From an uncultured Acidobacteriota bacterium (GTDB taxonomy: Bacteria; Acidobacteriota; Thermoanaerobaculia; Gp7-AA8): DNA of 64,000 nucleotides. The stretch is taken from positions 416,001 to 480,000 of the forward strand of contig CAWGHO010000002.1 of the NCBI GenBank assembly GCA_963822445.1. The letters are read 5' to 3'. Made by a program: the position numbers and the translations under genes. This document shows, one piece after another, positions 1-10,010 of this stretch (the first letter of the stretch is position 1; each line of letters opens with the position of its first letter). Below the pieces are notes generated by a model. It saw only the letters and a list, made by a program, of their open reading frames with translations. It had not been told where the DNA came from and did not search any database.

Positions 1-48
1 GAACTGAATTGCTGTGAGCTGCCTTCTCGTGTGGAACGGTGGGCGGAC

Positions 49-1235
49 CTAGCCCACGTCTAGGAGTGACGGCGCGGACTCTTTCCCTACCCCGCCACGC
101 CGCCACTCCAAACTCGCCGCCGACGCTGCTCTTGTACGCGAGCACACCACTTCGGATCTTCTCGACGACGAGTTTCTTCTGACTGGCATTGCGCTCGTGA
201 TCGAGTGTGAGGGTGTGACCACGCGAAACCCGCGAGTTGCGGCGACCGCGTTCCGCAGGCGTTGCCCACCCTGCCCCTCCGTTCGCCGCAGCGTGTCCGC
301 GACGAGATGCGTGGATCGTACGAGCGCGGCGAATGCATCCGGGGTGGCACCGTAAAGGCGCGTGTACTCGTTGACGAATTTCGCCACGCCTGGAGCTGAA
401 TCGATGAGCTTCGGCGATTCCCATCCGTCGCCACCGAGGAGCGGCACGGTCAGCCCGAGGTCTTTCGCCTGAACGGCGATCTGACCGACGTCTGTGTAGT
501 AGCCCGGGACGAACACTGCCTCGGGCGTTGCTCGGCGGATCGCCGTCAGCTGGGCGCGGAATTCGGAGTCCCCGTTCGCATGGCTCGATCGCGTGGCGAT
601 TTGCCCTCCGTGCTGCGTGAACCGTTGCTCGAACTCCTTGGCAAGACCGCGTGAGCAGTCGCTTTTCACGTCGGTCAGCAACGCCACTCGCCGCAGACCG
701 AGCGTACGCGCTGCGCAGTGGGCGAGCGCGCGGCCCTGATCATCATCCGTGAAGCACACCCGGAAGATGTAATCGCCCTTCTTAGTCACCTCCGGGTTCG
801 TCGATGCGGGCGTGATCATCGGTACGCGATTACTCTGGCAGATCGGTGCGGGGGCGAGCGGCGCGGACGACGAGGCTTCGCCGATCACCGCCACGACGTT
901 GTCGCGTGAAATGAGCTTCGTCACGGCGTTTGCGGTGTCGTCGTGCTTCGACTGGTCGTCTCGGGTAATGACGCGCAGCCGTGCGCCGGCGACGCCGCCC
1001 CTTCGATTGATCTCATTGACCACCATCACGATGGCATTGTGAGACGACTGTTCGAACGTCGCCTGGGGCCGGTGAGCGAGCCGATTCGCCGATCAGAATC
1101 TCGCGCCGCGCCGCATTCTGCGCGCTGTCGGAGCCACGCGCAGAAGTTGCCGTAGCGCCCGGCCAGAGCCAGCAACACAATCGACGAGATGATGAACTGC
1201 ACGACGAAAGGAACACGATTGGATTTGTTTCGCAT
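49..1235 (-). pseudogene. Degraded branched-chain amino acid ABC transporter substrate-binding protein (LivJ/LivK family)
   Basis: ORF 49..1029 has EINRRGGVAG...DDQS, VVAVIGEASS, YIFRVCFTDDDQG, LLGGDGWESP. The signal peptide and the (I)GE/GSLTGP N-terminus lie in other frames (1026..1235, 1013..1324). There is an apparent deletion after WESPKLID, and the C-terminus reads as out of frame. Confidence 0.75.
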
Positions 1236-1979
1236 TTTCTATCTCCGTCTTCGCGTCTACCCGCCTGTCGAGGACGGTATTTGCCCGCTGATACGGAGCA
1301 ACTGATTTTCCGGAGGTTGAGCATTCGGACGTATGCGACGATATTGATCTGTAGTCCTGCTGATTCACATGCAGACGAACCTCACAGTTTTGTCGTCACG
1401 GGCGTCCGCGGGCGATGAAAACGCGTCCTGCACCGACCTCGGCACGCGGCTCGTGGCGGAAATCGGCGACATTAACCTGCAGCTGGTGACGTAGTACTGC
1501 ACCGCATCGGGGAAGGTGCGTCACCGGGGCAGGCCGTCGAACAGGCAGCTCGCTTCACCGTGCTTCATCTTGTCGACAAAGTGGACCGTTTGGTGCTCGT
1601 CCGCAAGGCGATCGAGCGCGGCGTTCGCGTCGCCGCGCGGTCGGGAGATATCGAAGAGATCATCGCCGTCGGGTTCAAAAGACCGATGCCATCGACCGCA
1701 ACATCGAAGCCGCTGAGGAACCTATCAGAAGAATCGCGCGGTTCATGGGCGACCTCTCGGTGATGCCTCAATGCCGACCTGAGTTCCCGCCGAACCGGTG
1801 CAAGGCGCCGAACTGCTGTTCACGTTCCGCCCGAAACTGCGGATTCTCCGGGATCGAAACATCGCCGCCTACGACGCCACACACGACCCCGATCTTCCTC
1901 TCCTGAACGTGCTGACCGCGAACTCGGATGCGCCGATCACCGTGGTAAGAACTGGCCGGCGGGTTTGAAGCGGTAACCC

Positions 1980-2381
1980 CTATTCACTTTTGTTCGCAGG
2001 ATCCCAGTTCTTCGGCTCCCATAGCTCGACCTTATTGCCTTCGGGATCCATCACCCAGGCGAACTTGCCGTTCTCGTGTTTCTCCGGCCCCTGGTGGATC
2101 TCGACGCCGCCGGCGCGCAGCTGCGCGAGCAGCGCGTCCATGTCGTCCACGCGGTAATTGATCATGAACGAGGAGTTGCTCGGCGCGAACCATTGACTGT
2201 CGCTCTTGGCGAGGCTCCACACCGTCAGGCCCTTGTCCTCGGCCGTGTCGTCGGGCCACTTCAGGATCGCGCCGCCCCACTCCTCGAGTGAGAGGCCGAG
2301 GTGCTTCTGGTACCAGTCCGCGAGGGACTTGGGATCGTTTGCCTTGAAGAAAATGCCGCCGATGCCGGTGATGCGCGCCAT
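1980..2381 (-). CDS. VOC/glyoxalase-bleomycin resistance family protein
   Basis: ARITGIGGIFFK, MINYRVDDMD, GKFAWVMDPEGNKVELWEP; GGAG RBS upstream. Confidence 0.9.
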   Translation of the reverse strand: MARITGIGGIFFKANDPKSLADWYQKHLGLSLEEWGGAILKWPDDTAEDKGLTVWSLAKSDSQWFAPSNSSFMINYRVDDMDALLAQLRAGGVEIHQGPEKHENGKFAWVMDPEGNKVELWEPKNWDPANKSE

Positions 2382-2489
2382 TCACGCTCCTTGAAGCAAC
2401 AGGATTCTGCGCGGCGACTATATCGGCGTTTGTCGTCAGTTGATGAAGTGATTGAGCTTGGTCTGTCACGGCAGGCGTGATCGGGAAAC

Positions 2490-4163
2490 TCATCGCCTCC
2501 GTTTCCCCAGGAGCCAGAGCTCAGGCCGCCCATTGAGAACCTTCCCGGCGAAATCCAGCTGGAACGTCTCTCCGCCTGTCGTGGACACGACGATGTCCCT
2601 TTTCGTGTCGTTATCGAAATCGATGACCTCGAGGCGCCGGATTCGGGCCGACCTCGGGACGACCACACCTGCCCACACACGCTCGAGCTTCGAGTCCAGC
2701 AAAGCGACGGTGGCATGAGGGCGATCGGTGCCGAAGGTCGCACCGGGCTTGTCGTCGATACCGGCAACGATGATTTTGCGGGTGTGCCGCGAGGTTGGTC
2801 GGTCGATGACCATGGACTGCAAGTGGCCCACGTGGTCATACGAAAGAAGGCGTTGACCGTCGGCGGCGTAGAGGGAGACGCGGGAGGCCGAGCTTCCATC
2901 ACTCCACAAGGCGACGATCTCGAGGCCCTGGTCCTGACGCGACAGATCCTGAACGAGGAACTGCCGCAAGGTCGTGTCCTGCTGCGCGGACCAGCGCCGC
3001 AGACCTACCCGGTCGAACACGGTGATCGTGTTCGCGCCGACGACGACTTCCTGACTGCCATCCGCATCGAGATCCGCAACCTCCGCGCGTGTCACGAGGC
3101 CATCGACGCTGTGTTGCCAGAGCCGTTTACCGTTCGCCGAGAATGCCGCGACGGTCGAGCCATCGGTCACGGCGCGTGCGACATTGCCGGGCGGAGGCGG
3201 GGGAGGAGGACCATGGCAGATCGATAGCGGCATGTTCTGAGAGTCGCCGTCGATGCTGACCTGGGTAGCGGCGCGAATCGATGGATTGCGATTCGCGAGA
3301 ATCCACCTCCGGACATAGCGTTCCACGTAGGGTTTCAGCGTTCCGATCGTAACGGCGCCGCGCGTCAACGAGGCCTTACAGCTCATCCCGTTGATCACGG
3401 CTTTCGTGAACACCCCATTGCCATCACCTTCGTATGCATATCCGCCTGCCGTGGCAGCCGAGAACACGATCTGTCCATGCACGCGTCCCATCCTGCCGAT
3501 CATCGGCGCCCTGCCGGCGAGTGAGCCGCGCACATCAGGGATGCGGTTGCGACAGGTGTCGACGAGAAACAGCGATCGTTCCGCGTCCGATTTGCCGGCA
3601 ATGTCCAACAGCCGCGGCATCTGCAAGGCCGTTTCCGGATATCGAAAAAGAGAGCTCGAACCGAGAATGTATTGAACCCCGTCCTTCGTGAAGCCGTGTG
3701 TGGCGATCGACACGATGAGAATTCCGCCGGGGCCGGCGACGGCCGACTGTTTTTGCAGCAGGTCCAGAATGTCACTCGGCCCCGCCGGCTCGATTCTCGC
3801 CCCCGCTCGGACGAGCTCGTCGAGACGTCTTTTCGATGCTTCCTTTCTGGGCCGCCCCGACAGGGAGAGCACCACGCGATCCGGCGGCACGAGCAGTACT
3901 CGTGGATCGAGCGAGAACATATAAGCGAGATCCACCGCGTCGTCCGCCGCATATCGGACTTCGAGTGCCGGATCATTCGTGAATTTCGGCACGCCGATGA
4001 ACAGCGCGGCGGATTGAGCCGGATTGAATTTCGCCGGCTCGACCGGCGCCGCCTCGGGCACGAGTCGAACGCCGCGAAACAATCTCATTGCCACAGGCGA
4101 GACTGCCGCGGTCGTGACCAGGAGTGCTCCCAGTGCGACAACGAGCGGCTTCCAAAGCTTCAT
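2490..4163 (-). CDS. Caspase-like (peptidase C14) protein with N-terminal signal/TM and C-terminal FG-GAP-like repeats
   Basis: ALFIGV, AADDAVDL, IVSIATHG (His), LFLVDTCRN (Cys), GNGVFTKAV. A poly-Pro linker precedes ADLDADGSQEVVVG and IDFDNDTKRDIVVS. ATG at 4163 overlaps the hxsC stop (ATGA). Confidence 0.8.
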   Translation of the reverse strand: MKLWKPLVVALGALLVTTAAVSPVAMRLFRGVRLVPEAAPVEPAKFNPAQSAALFIGVPKFTNDPALEVRYAADDAVDLAYMFSLDPRVLLVPPDRVVLSLSGRPRKEASKRRLDELVRAGARIEPAGPSDILDLLQKQSAVAGPGGILIVSIATHGFTKDGVQYILGSSSLFRYPETALQMPRLLDIAGKSDAERSLFLVDTCRNRIPDVRGSLAGRAPMIGRMGRVHGQIVFSAATAGGYAYEGDGNGVFTKAVINGMSCKASLTRGAVTIGTLKPYVERYVRRWILANRNPSIRAATQVSIDGDSQNMPLSICHGPPPPPPPGNVARAVTDGSTVAAFSANGKRLWQHSVDGLVTRAEVADLDADGSQEVVVGANTITVFDRVGLRRWSAQQDTTLRQFLVQDLSRQDQGLEIVALWSDGSSASRVSLYAADGQRLLSYDHVGHLQSMVIDRPTSRHTRKIIVAGIDDKPGATFGTDRPHATVALLDSKLERVWAGVVVPRSARIRRLEVIDFDNDTKRDIVVSTTGGETFQLDFAGKVLNGRPELWLLGKRRR

Positions 4164-5314
4164 GCGATCCCATTCCCGTCGGAATCCAGCGGATGGATGC
4201 GCGCACTGCGGATCTTCGTTCCGGATTGAAAGAACCCTCCACACCGCTCGATCACGCCGCAGCCGTTGCACTCCGGGAGATACACATTTTTCCAATCGGA
4301 GATCGATTTGCGCGCCAGCGGCCAGAGCCGACGATCGAGAACGCAGAGCTGGTGGTTGTAAATCGACACGTTCATCCCTGCATCACGGAAGACATCACTG
4401 GCCGCGAGGAGCTCGCGCTGATAGTCGGCCGGATCGATCCAAAGCTCATCGAGATTTCGATGTACCAGGCCGAACATCTCCAGCCCCATGAGGGCGACGT
4501 GACATGCGAAGGGGAAATTGCGCGCGATGAACGCGGCCAGTTGGGGCAAGCGCGGAATGGAACGCGCGTGCAGGACGATCCGAATCTCGACGCGGACGCG
4601 GTGACGATCGAGGTTCTGCAATCCGATCACGGTCTGCTCGAATGCACCGGGCGCTTGCACGATGTGATCGTGAAGAGAATCAACGTCCGCATAAAGAGGA
4701 ATGCCGAGAACGAGATCCGGGTGATCGATTCGTCCGAGCTTTTCGGCGAAATGCCGATAGAAGAACAGGCGGCCGTTCGTCAGCACGTGAAGAGCGGTCG
4801 AGGGCAGGCGCTCTTTGCAGCGCGCGACGAGCTCGAGGAAGCCATCCCGAAAAAGCGTTGGCTCTCCCCCCGTGATCCCGAGCTCTTCCGTCGTCGGATC
4901 GATCAGGTCGATGAGGCGCAGGTGTTCCGCCAGACGATCGGAGTCGTCGATCGCTTTCGGGGGCTGTGAGCACATCAGGCAGAGGCTGTTGCACTGTTCG
5001 GTGACGAGAATGAAATTGTGCGGGGATCCGCGGCGATAGAGCGTCCGCACGAAGCCGTTCGGATCGACGGCCACGACGTCGCCGTCATCGAGATAGTCGA
5101 GCTGATGGAGACCGCTCGCCGTCGGAATTGCGGAAACGGAGGGTGCTTCTCCGAGCGCGAGAACGCCGAGGTAGCCATCGGGGTGACAAGGCAAAGCGCC
5201 GCCGCTGGCGAGCAGCCACGCATCGCCGCGGCCGGACGGCAGCGGCGAGCGTGCGACGCGCCCGATCAAAGTTCGATCGACATTCGTCACCCGGGCGTTC
5301 GCATGCAGCCTCAT
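4160..5314 (-). CDS. hxsC: His-Xaa-Ser system radical SAM maturase HxsC
   Basis: NFILVTEQCNSLCLMCSQPP (CxxxCxxC), GITGGEPT, LTNGR, ARKSISDWKN, C-terminal CNGCGVIERCGGFF; ATG at 5314 overlaps the hxsB stop. Confidence 0.92.
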   Translation of the reverse strand: MRLHANARVTNVDRTLIGRVARSPLPSGRGDAWLLASGGALPCHPDGYLGVLALGEAPSVSAIPTASGLHQLDYLDDGDVVAVDPNGFVRTLYRRGSPHNFILVTEQCNSLCLMCSQPPKAIDDSDRLAEHLRLIDLIDPTTEELGITGGEPTLFRDGFLELVARCKERLPSTALHVLTNGRLFFYRHFAEKLGRIDHPDLVLGIPLYADVDSLHDHIVQAPGAFEQTVIGLQNLDRHRVRVEIRIVLHARSIPRLPQLAAFIARNFPFACHVALMGLEMFGLVHRNLDELWIDPADYQRELLAASDVFRDAGMNVSIYNHQLCVLDRRLWPLARKSISDWKNVYLPECNGCGVIERCGGFFQSGTKIRSARIHPLDSDGNGIA

Positions 5315-6756
5315 GCGACCTGCTCCCGCTGTAATGGCTCTTCGCGGATCCACGACCACAACACGCGTCGGGTGACCTCATCACGCTCGAGGAGCGAGAT
5401 CAGGTGTTTGATGATGGAGAAGTTCTTTTCGTGGAAATCGCTGGTGGGAATGACCGGCACGAGGTCGCCGGTGGTCGCATAGTGATGCACCGGATCGGCG
5501 CCGCACCAAGGCAGAAACGCACAATCGGAGCAGCCGGGAAACGATTCGGCAACCGACGCGGCAATGATCCTGCGGAGGGTCTCGCCTCCGAAGATCGCCT
5601 CGTACGAATCGCGATGGACGTTGCCGAGGCGGAAGCGCGTGTCGCCCATTGCTGCCAGCATGCGCGACTCGTCCGTGGGGTAGACGTCGCCATCATGGTT
5701 GTAGACGACGGCACCGATTCCGGCACCGGCGGGACTCTGCAGGTCGACGTAGCCGGTGGCGAACGGCGTCAGGATTCGCGTCAGGAGAAGCTGCGCATAG
5801 CTCTCGATCAGAAACGTGCCGTCGGCATTGAGTCGAATGATGTAGTCGAGCGCGCGGACATAAAACTCGAGGAACTCACGCATCGAGTAACCGGTCGTGC
5901 GCACGCTACGCAATGCGAAGCCGTAAGGGCTCAAAGGGCGCAGGAAAATCGACGAAAATCCGAGGCGGACGTATTCGTCGACGATTGCTTCCGGCGACTG
6001 GAGGGATGCACTGGTGGTCGTCATGAGCGCGGCAACGCGATCGTGACCGAGCACTTCCCGAGCGCGCCGGATTCCGTCGATCGTTCGCGCGTGGCTGTCG
6101 TTGCCGGGCCGGGGACGATTGGCATCATGCAGGGCCTGCGGTCCGTCGAGAGACGTCGACAGGAAGACGCCGTGCTCGCGGAAGAAATCCAGCATCTCTC
6201 CGTCGAGCAAGGCCAGGTTCGTCGTCACGACGAAATCGACGTCGCGGCCGGCCGCGTCCGCGCGCCTCCGGCCTTCCACCACGATCTGCCGGACGCGATC
6301 GAAGTGCAGCAGCGGCTCACCACCCTGCAGCTCGATCTTGAGCCGCGGCGCCGGCGAGCGAAACGCAAGGTCGAGCCCGCGCTCCGCGGTTTCCTCGCTC
6401 ATGTCGTAGCGCTTTTTGTCGACGCTCACCCGCGAGACCTGACAGTAGTGACACGAATGCTCGCAACGCAGCGACACGACGAAGATGTGCAGGCTCGTGA
6501 ACCCGTCGAGGAATGCCTTCTTCGTCCGATACTTCGCCGCCAGCAGCTCGAATGGCGCAAGACTGTTGCTGTCGAAGAGGAAGTGCTTGGCCTTCAGATC
6601 GAGATAGGCGTCCGAGTCCGGCGACAGGTCACGCTGGACGAACCGCGCGAGATCGTCCTTCGCCAGAAAGTGAAACTCCCCTGTTTCATTGACGACCAAC
6701 GTCCTTGTTTGATCGAAGCGCAGGAATCGGAAAGGCAAGAGACGATACGCGCTCAT
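5311..6756 (-). CDS. hxsB: His-Xaa-Ser system radical SAM/SPASM maturase HxsB
   Basis: YRLLPFRF N-terminus, TSLHIFVVSLRCEHSCHYCQVS, IELQGGEPLL, YVDLQSPAGAG, DESRML, CSDCAFLPWCGADPV. Confidence 0.93.
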   Translation of the reverse strand: MSAYRLLPFRFLRFDQTRTLVVNETGEFHFLAKDDLARFVQRDLSPDSDAYLDLKAKHFLFDSNSLAPFELLAAKYRTKKAFLDGFTSLHIFVVSLRCEHSCHYCQVSRVSVDKKRYDMSEETAERGLDLAFRSPAPRLKIELQGGEPLLHFDRVRQIVVEGRRRADAAGRDVDFVVTTNLALLDGEMLDFFREHGVFLSTSLDGPQALHDANRPRPGNDSHARTIDGIRRAREVLGHDRVAALMTTTSASLQSPEAIVDEYVRLGFSSIFLRPLSPYGFALRSVRTTGYSMREFLEFYVRALDYIIRLNADGTFLIESYAQLLLTRILTPFATGYVDLQSPAGAGIGAVVYNHDGDVYPTDESRMLAAMGDTRFRLGNVHRDSYEAIFGGETLRRIIAASVAESFPGCSDCAFLPWCGADPVHHYATTGDLVPVIPTSDFHEKNFSIIKHLISLLERDEVTRRVLWSWIREEPLQREQVA

Positions 6757-7088
6757 CCAACGATTCCTCGGACATCGACGTACTGGTCGCTCTCGATGTC
6801 GCTCCGATCGAGTAAATCTGCCTCGCAGAACGCCTGTGCCACGAGCAGTTCGCGAATGACTCGGGTCTCGTCCGCAACGATCGCGCGCAGGCGAAAATCC
6901 AGAAGCGCATTCGAAAACTGTCCGGCCAGATCGCGCAGGGAATCGCGCTCGTCGCGGGCCGCAAACTCGATCGCCAAACGACCCTCGCCGGCATGGCGAG
7001 GCTGCACGTGGCAGCGTGCCGTGAATGCATGACAGGCCCGCAACACCAGCTCGAGCGGATAGATCGCCAGATCGACGGTGATGGTCAC
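6753..7088 (-). CDS. hxsD: His-Xaa-Ser system protein HxsD
   Basis: 111 aa from a GTG overlapping the hxsA stop. IYPLELVLRAC and FSNALLDFRLRAIVADETRVIRELLVAQAF match the HxsD-type LxDxxLR...T..IR..I motif; lies between hxsA and hxsB. Confidence 0.85.
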   Translation of the reverse strand: MTITVDLAIYPLELVLRACHAFTARCHVQPRHAGEGRLAIEFAARDERDSLRDLAGQFSNALLDFRLRAIVADETRVIRELLVAQAFCEADLLDRSDIESDQYVDVRGIVG

Positions 7089-8125
7089 GGCTGACGCTCC
7101 ACGGTCACGTGGTCGAACGCCGCGGCCTCGGTGGCCGGCGCGGGGGTCACGGTGCCGGCGCTCAACGCGATGCGCATTTCCGTCAACGGGATGCCTGCTG
7201 TTTCGACGTACTGCGGAAACCAATTCCTCCCGTCGGTGCTCGTTTCCCACACCGCTACCGGGGCGGCCGCAGCAACCTTGCTCGTGCGCAGGCGAAGAAA
7301 CCGATGTGCCGTCGCGCTATAGGCGAGCTTCTTCGAGGCCACGCGACCCTTCGTGTGGCTTTCGATGGAGAGATGACCGCTCTCGACTCGGAAGCCGATC
7401 CAGTTCCCGGAATCGATCGCCGCCGCGAAGATTGTCACCGCCCCTCGTGCCGGACGCCGGAGCTCCACAGCAACACTGGACGTTTTCAAATCGAACGATT
7501 GCGTCGAGACATACCCGCTGAAATGCGAGCCTCGCTGCAGCACCGGCGGCGCAACTCTCAATACACTCCCCATCTGCTCTGTCGTCACGTTCGGATCGAA
7601 CGTCTCGAGAGGCGTTGCGAGGACGCCGATGGTCCACCGCTCCGCGACCCGCTCGGTGGTCGCGAATTCCTCACTCAGGAGCGTCTCCGCTTTCGGTTCA
7701 GGAGGCCGCGGTTCGACGACTTTCGGGCGCGGCGGTTCCGGGGCGGGCGTAGTGGGCGTGCTCCGAGGCGGCGCGGGCGACGAGGAAAAGTGCGAGGAGT
7801 GTGCGCCCGAATAATGCGAGCTGGAGCTGTGCGATCGATGGGAGCTGTGGGACCGATGAGAACTATGCGAGCGATGTTGCGCAAAGCGGATGACGAACGA
7901 GCTCTCCGCGCGCTCGAGCACGTACCTGCCCTTGAATTTCCGCACAGTGGCCTCAGGCGCCAGGGTCGGCGCCACAGGAACGCGCGGCTGCGCACCGGCG
8001 CCAGCGCCGGCCTGCGTGGCCATTCCAAGGAGGCTCGCGCTCAATGCCACGCGTGCCGTGAGCCGGCGCAACGGAAGCACATCGAGCAGTTTCCATAGAG
8101 CGTTCTTCCAATCCGAGTCCGACAT
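7085..8125 (-). CDS. hxsA: His-Xaa-Ser repeat protein (HxsA-like) with Pro-rich linker and C-terminal beta-sandwich/lectin-like domain
   Basis: FAQHRSHSSHRSHSSHRSHSSSSHYSGAHSSHFSS (9 HxS triplets), hydrophobic N-terminal segment, PAPPRSTPTTPAPEPP linker, ~200-aa beta-rich C-terminal domain; AAGGGAG RBS. Confidence 0.85.
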   Translation of the reverse strand: MSDSDWKNALWKLLDVLPLRRLTARVALSASLLGMATQAGAGAGAQPRVPVAPTLAPEATVRKFKGRYVLERAESSFVIRFAQHRSHSSHRSHSSHRSHSSSSHYSGAHSSHFSSSPAPPRSTPTTPAPEPPRPKVVEPRPPEPKAETLLSEEFATTERVAERWTIGVLATPLETFDPNVTTEQMGSVLRVAPPVLQRGSHFSGYVSTQSFDLKTSSVAVELRRPARGAVTIFAAAIDSGNWIGFRVESGHLSIESHTKGRVASKKLAYSATAHRFLRLRTSKVAAAAPVAVWETSTDGRNWFPQYVETAGIPLTEMRIALSAGTVTPAPATEAAAFDHVTVERQP

Positions 8126-8135
8126 ATGGCTCCCT

Positions 8136-9983
8136 TCACTGCGCGCGTCGTCGTTCGCTGCGCTCGATCGCAGCGACGTCGCGCGCCATTGCCACGCGCA
8201 ATGCGATCAACGGCGGCGTTCCCCAAACCTCCGCCGTCCGTTCCCATGAAACGAGGATCTCTTCGGCCGTGAGCTCGCTTCGAAAGCGACTTCGGAGATC
8301 CCGCTCCCGTCTCGCCGACGCGGCGGCACTCAGACCGGCGGCGTGGATGGCATCCGTCACCGTTTGCCATTCGGAAGATGAAACGCCGAGGCTCTGCGCC
8401 GCGATGACCGAGTCGGCGGCTTCGGACCAATGCTTTCGCGCAAGTTTTTGCCGCGCCAGCGGAATGTGGACGGCGGCCGAAACGGCGGCACTTTCCGGTT
8501 TTCCGCGTGCACGGGCGCTGAGCAGGCGGAGCGCGTCAGAGCCATCGGTCCAGCGTTGCGCGGACGCCGCTTCACGCGCCTTGGTGAGGATCAGTTGATC
8601 GATCGCATCCGTCGCCTCTCCGTACTGCGGAAGCTCGCGTGGAATCTGAGCGAGAGCGGTCCGCGCCGCCTCGAGCTCGGTGGCCTGCCGAATTCGGGCG
8701 AGCCGCAAATCGGCCCAGGAACGCCGCCCTGCACTGCCGCCCAGCGATTGCAGCTCCGACTCGGCATCGTCGAGCTTTCCCGCCGCGATCAGCCCATCGG
8801 CGCGACCGACGCGCGGAAGAGCGGCGAACGCAAATGCGATGGCGACGATGAGGGTCACCGTGATGGCGATGAACCACTTCCGCGTTTCCAGTCGCGACGC
8901 CGTCCAATCCGCGCTCGCGCGGTAAATCGAAGCTAAAGCGGCGCCGAACGCTACGAGACTGGCGAGCGTCGCCATGCTCCAGAAAAATGGGCCGCGCGCG
9001 AGTGATACCAGCACGATCACGCCGTAGATGGCGACCAGGACCAGAAGCAGAGCACGCAGGTTCGCGGCACGAATCACGAACAGAGCAGCCGCGGCCTCCC
9101 GCGGCGCGGAAAGGCGGCGCCCCGCGAACGCGACGGAGTCCTTCGCGGCGCCCACGCGATAGTGCACGGTATGCGTCGGTACGCGCGCAATTCGGAGCCT
9201 CTGCCGCTGCACTCGCTCACCGGACATCAATACGGGCTCGAGCACCTCCAGCCATTGCAACGGGATGTCGCCGAGATCGCTTGCGGCGAGGACATGCGGA
9301 CGTTCGAGATCGGCGATCACATGTGCGTCGCGCTCGATGATTTCGTTCACGGGGTTCTCCATCCACCCGAAACGCGACGCGAGCTGCTGCGGATGAACCG
9401 TCGGGATCGAGCGACGCCACCATTCGAGCTCGAGCCAGCGCTGCACGCGCCCCTCGCCCGCACAGATCGCGCAGACCGCCACGCCGCGGCGGCACTCCGC
9501 GCAATCGACAGCACCCTTGCCACGACACGCCGTGCAATTGAGCAGACGCCACGCGCCGTTCGCGGTGTAGCCATACGCCTTGCGTTCCCCGCCGCATGCA
9601 CCGCAGGTTCGTTTTCCGCTTCCGTCGCATGCTGCGCAACGGGTTTTCCCTGCACCCGCGCATGGATCGCAAAGAGCGACGTGATCACTCTGCTTTCGAA
9701 GCGAGGGCGCGTCGGCCACCCATGCGTCGACTTCCTCGGCAACGATCGGAGGCGGAAGTGTGATGCGAGCCCTGCCGGCGGCCGGTACCGATTTCCAGAC
9801 CACACGTTGTCCCCGCAAGTCCGTCTCGATCAGACCGATGTAATCGTGCGTCACCGCCACGTGCTCGAGGAGCGAACGCACGTCGCGCGGAGCGCCGTCC
9901 TGCAGCGATGCCCAGTGAACGAAGGCATCGCCTGCCATCTGATTTTCGCCGGCGGACAGGGGCGTCATCCCTGGCATAGACAC
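8136..9983 (-). CDS. Membrane protein with DnaJ-type CxxCxGxG zinc-finger repeats, ~3 TM helices and a helical (TPR-like) C-terminus
   Basis: CDPCAGAG, CAACDGSG, CGACGG, CTACRGKG, CAECRRG, CAICAGEG; hydrophobic segments in the middle third. Start may be ATG 9977. Confidence 0.7.
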   Translation of the reverse strand: MSMPGMTPLSAGENQMAGDAFVHWASLQDGAPRDVRSLLEHVAVTHDYIGLIETDLRGQRVVWKSVPAAGRARITLPPPIVAEEVDAWVADAPSLRKQSDHVALCDPCAGAGKTRCAACDGSGKRTCGACGGERKAYGYTANGAWRLLNCTACRGKGAVDCAECRRGVAVCAICAGEGRVQRWLELEWWRRSIPTVHPQQLASRFGWMENPVNEIIERDAHVIADLERPHVLAASDLGDIPLQWLEVLEPVLMSGERVQRQRLRIARVPTHTVHYRVGAAKDSVAFAGRRLSAPREAAAALFVIRAANLRALLLVLVAIYGVIVLVSLARGPFFWSMATLASLVAFGAALASIYRASADWTASRLETRKWFIAITVTLIVAIAFAFAALPRVGRADGLIAAGKLDDAESELQSLGGSAGRRSWADLRLARIRQATELEAARTALAQIPRELPQYGEATDAIDQLILTKAREAASAQRWTDGSDALRLLSARARGKPESAAVSAAVHIPLARQKLARKHWSEAADSVIAAQSLGVSSSEWQTVTDAIHAAGLSAAASARRERDLRSRFRSELTAEEILVSWERTAEVWGTPPLIALRVAMARDVAAIERSERRRAQ

Positions 9984-10010
9984 GGTTCCGATGGAATCGG
10001 CACCGTCGGA

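Noticed and set aside
1560-1763. Possible antitoxin-like small ORF
   Set aside because: Weak resemblance only, no RBS and no intact toxin partner; treated as debris.
7784-7876. HxS repeat as a DNA tandem repeat or CRISPR-like array
   Set aside because: Codons differ between units, there is no repeat-spacer structure and no cas genes; it is a protein-level repeat.
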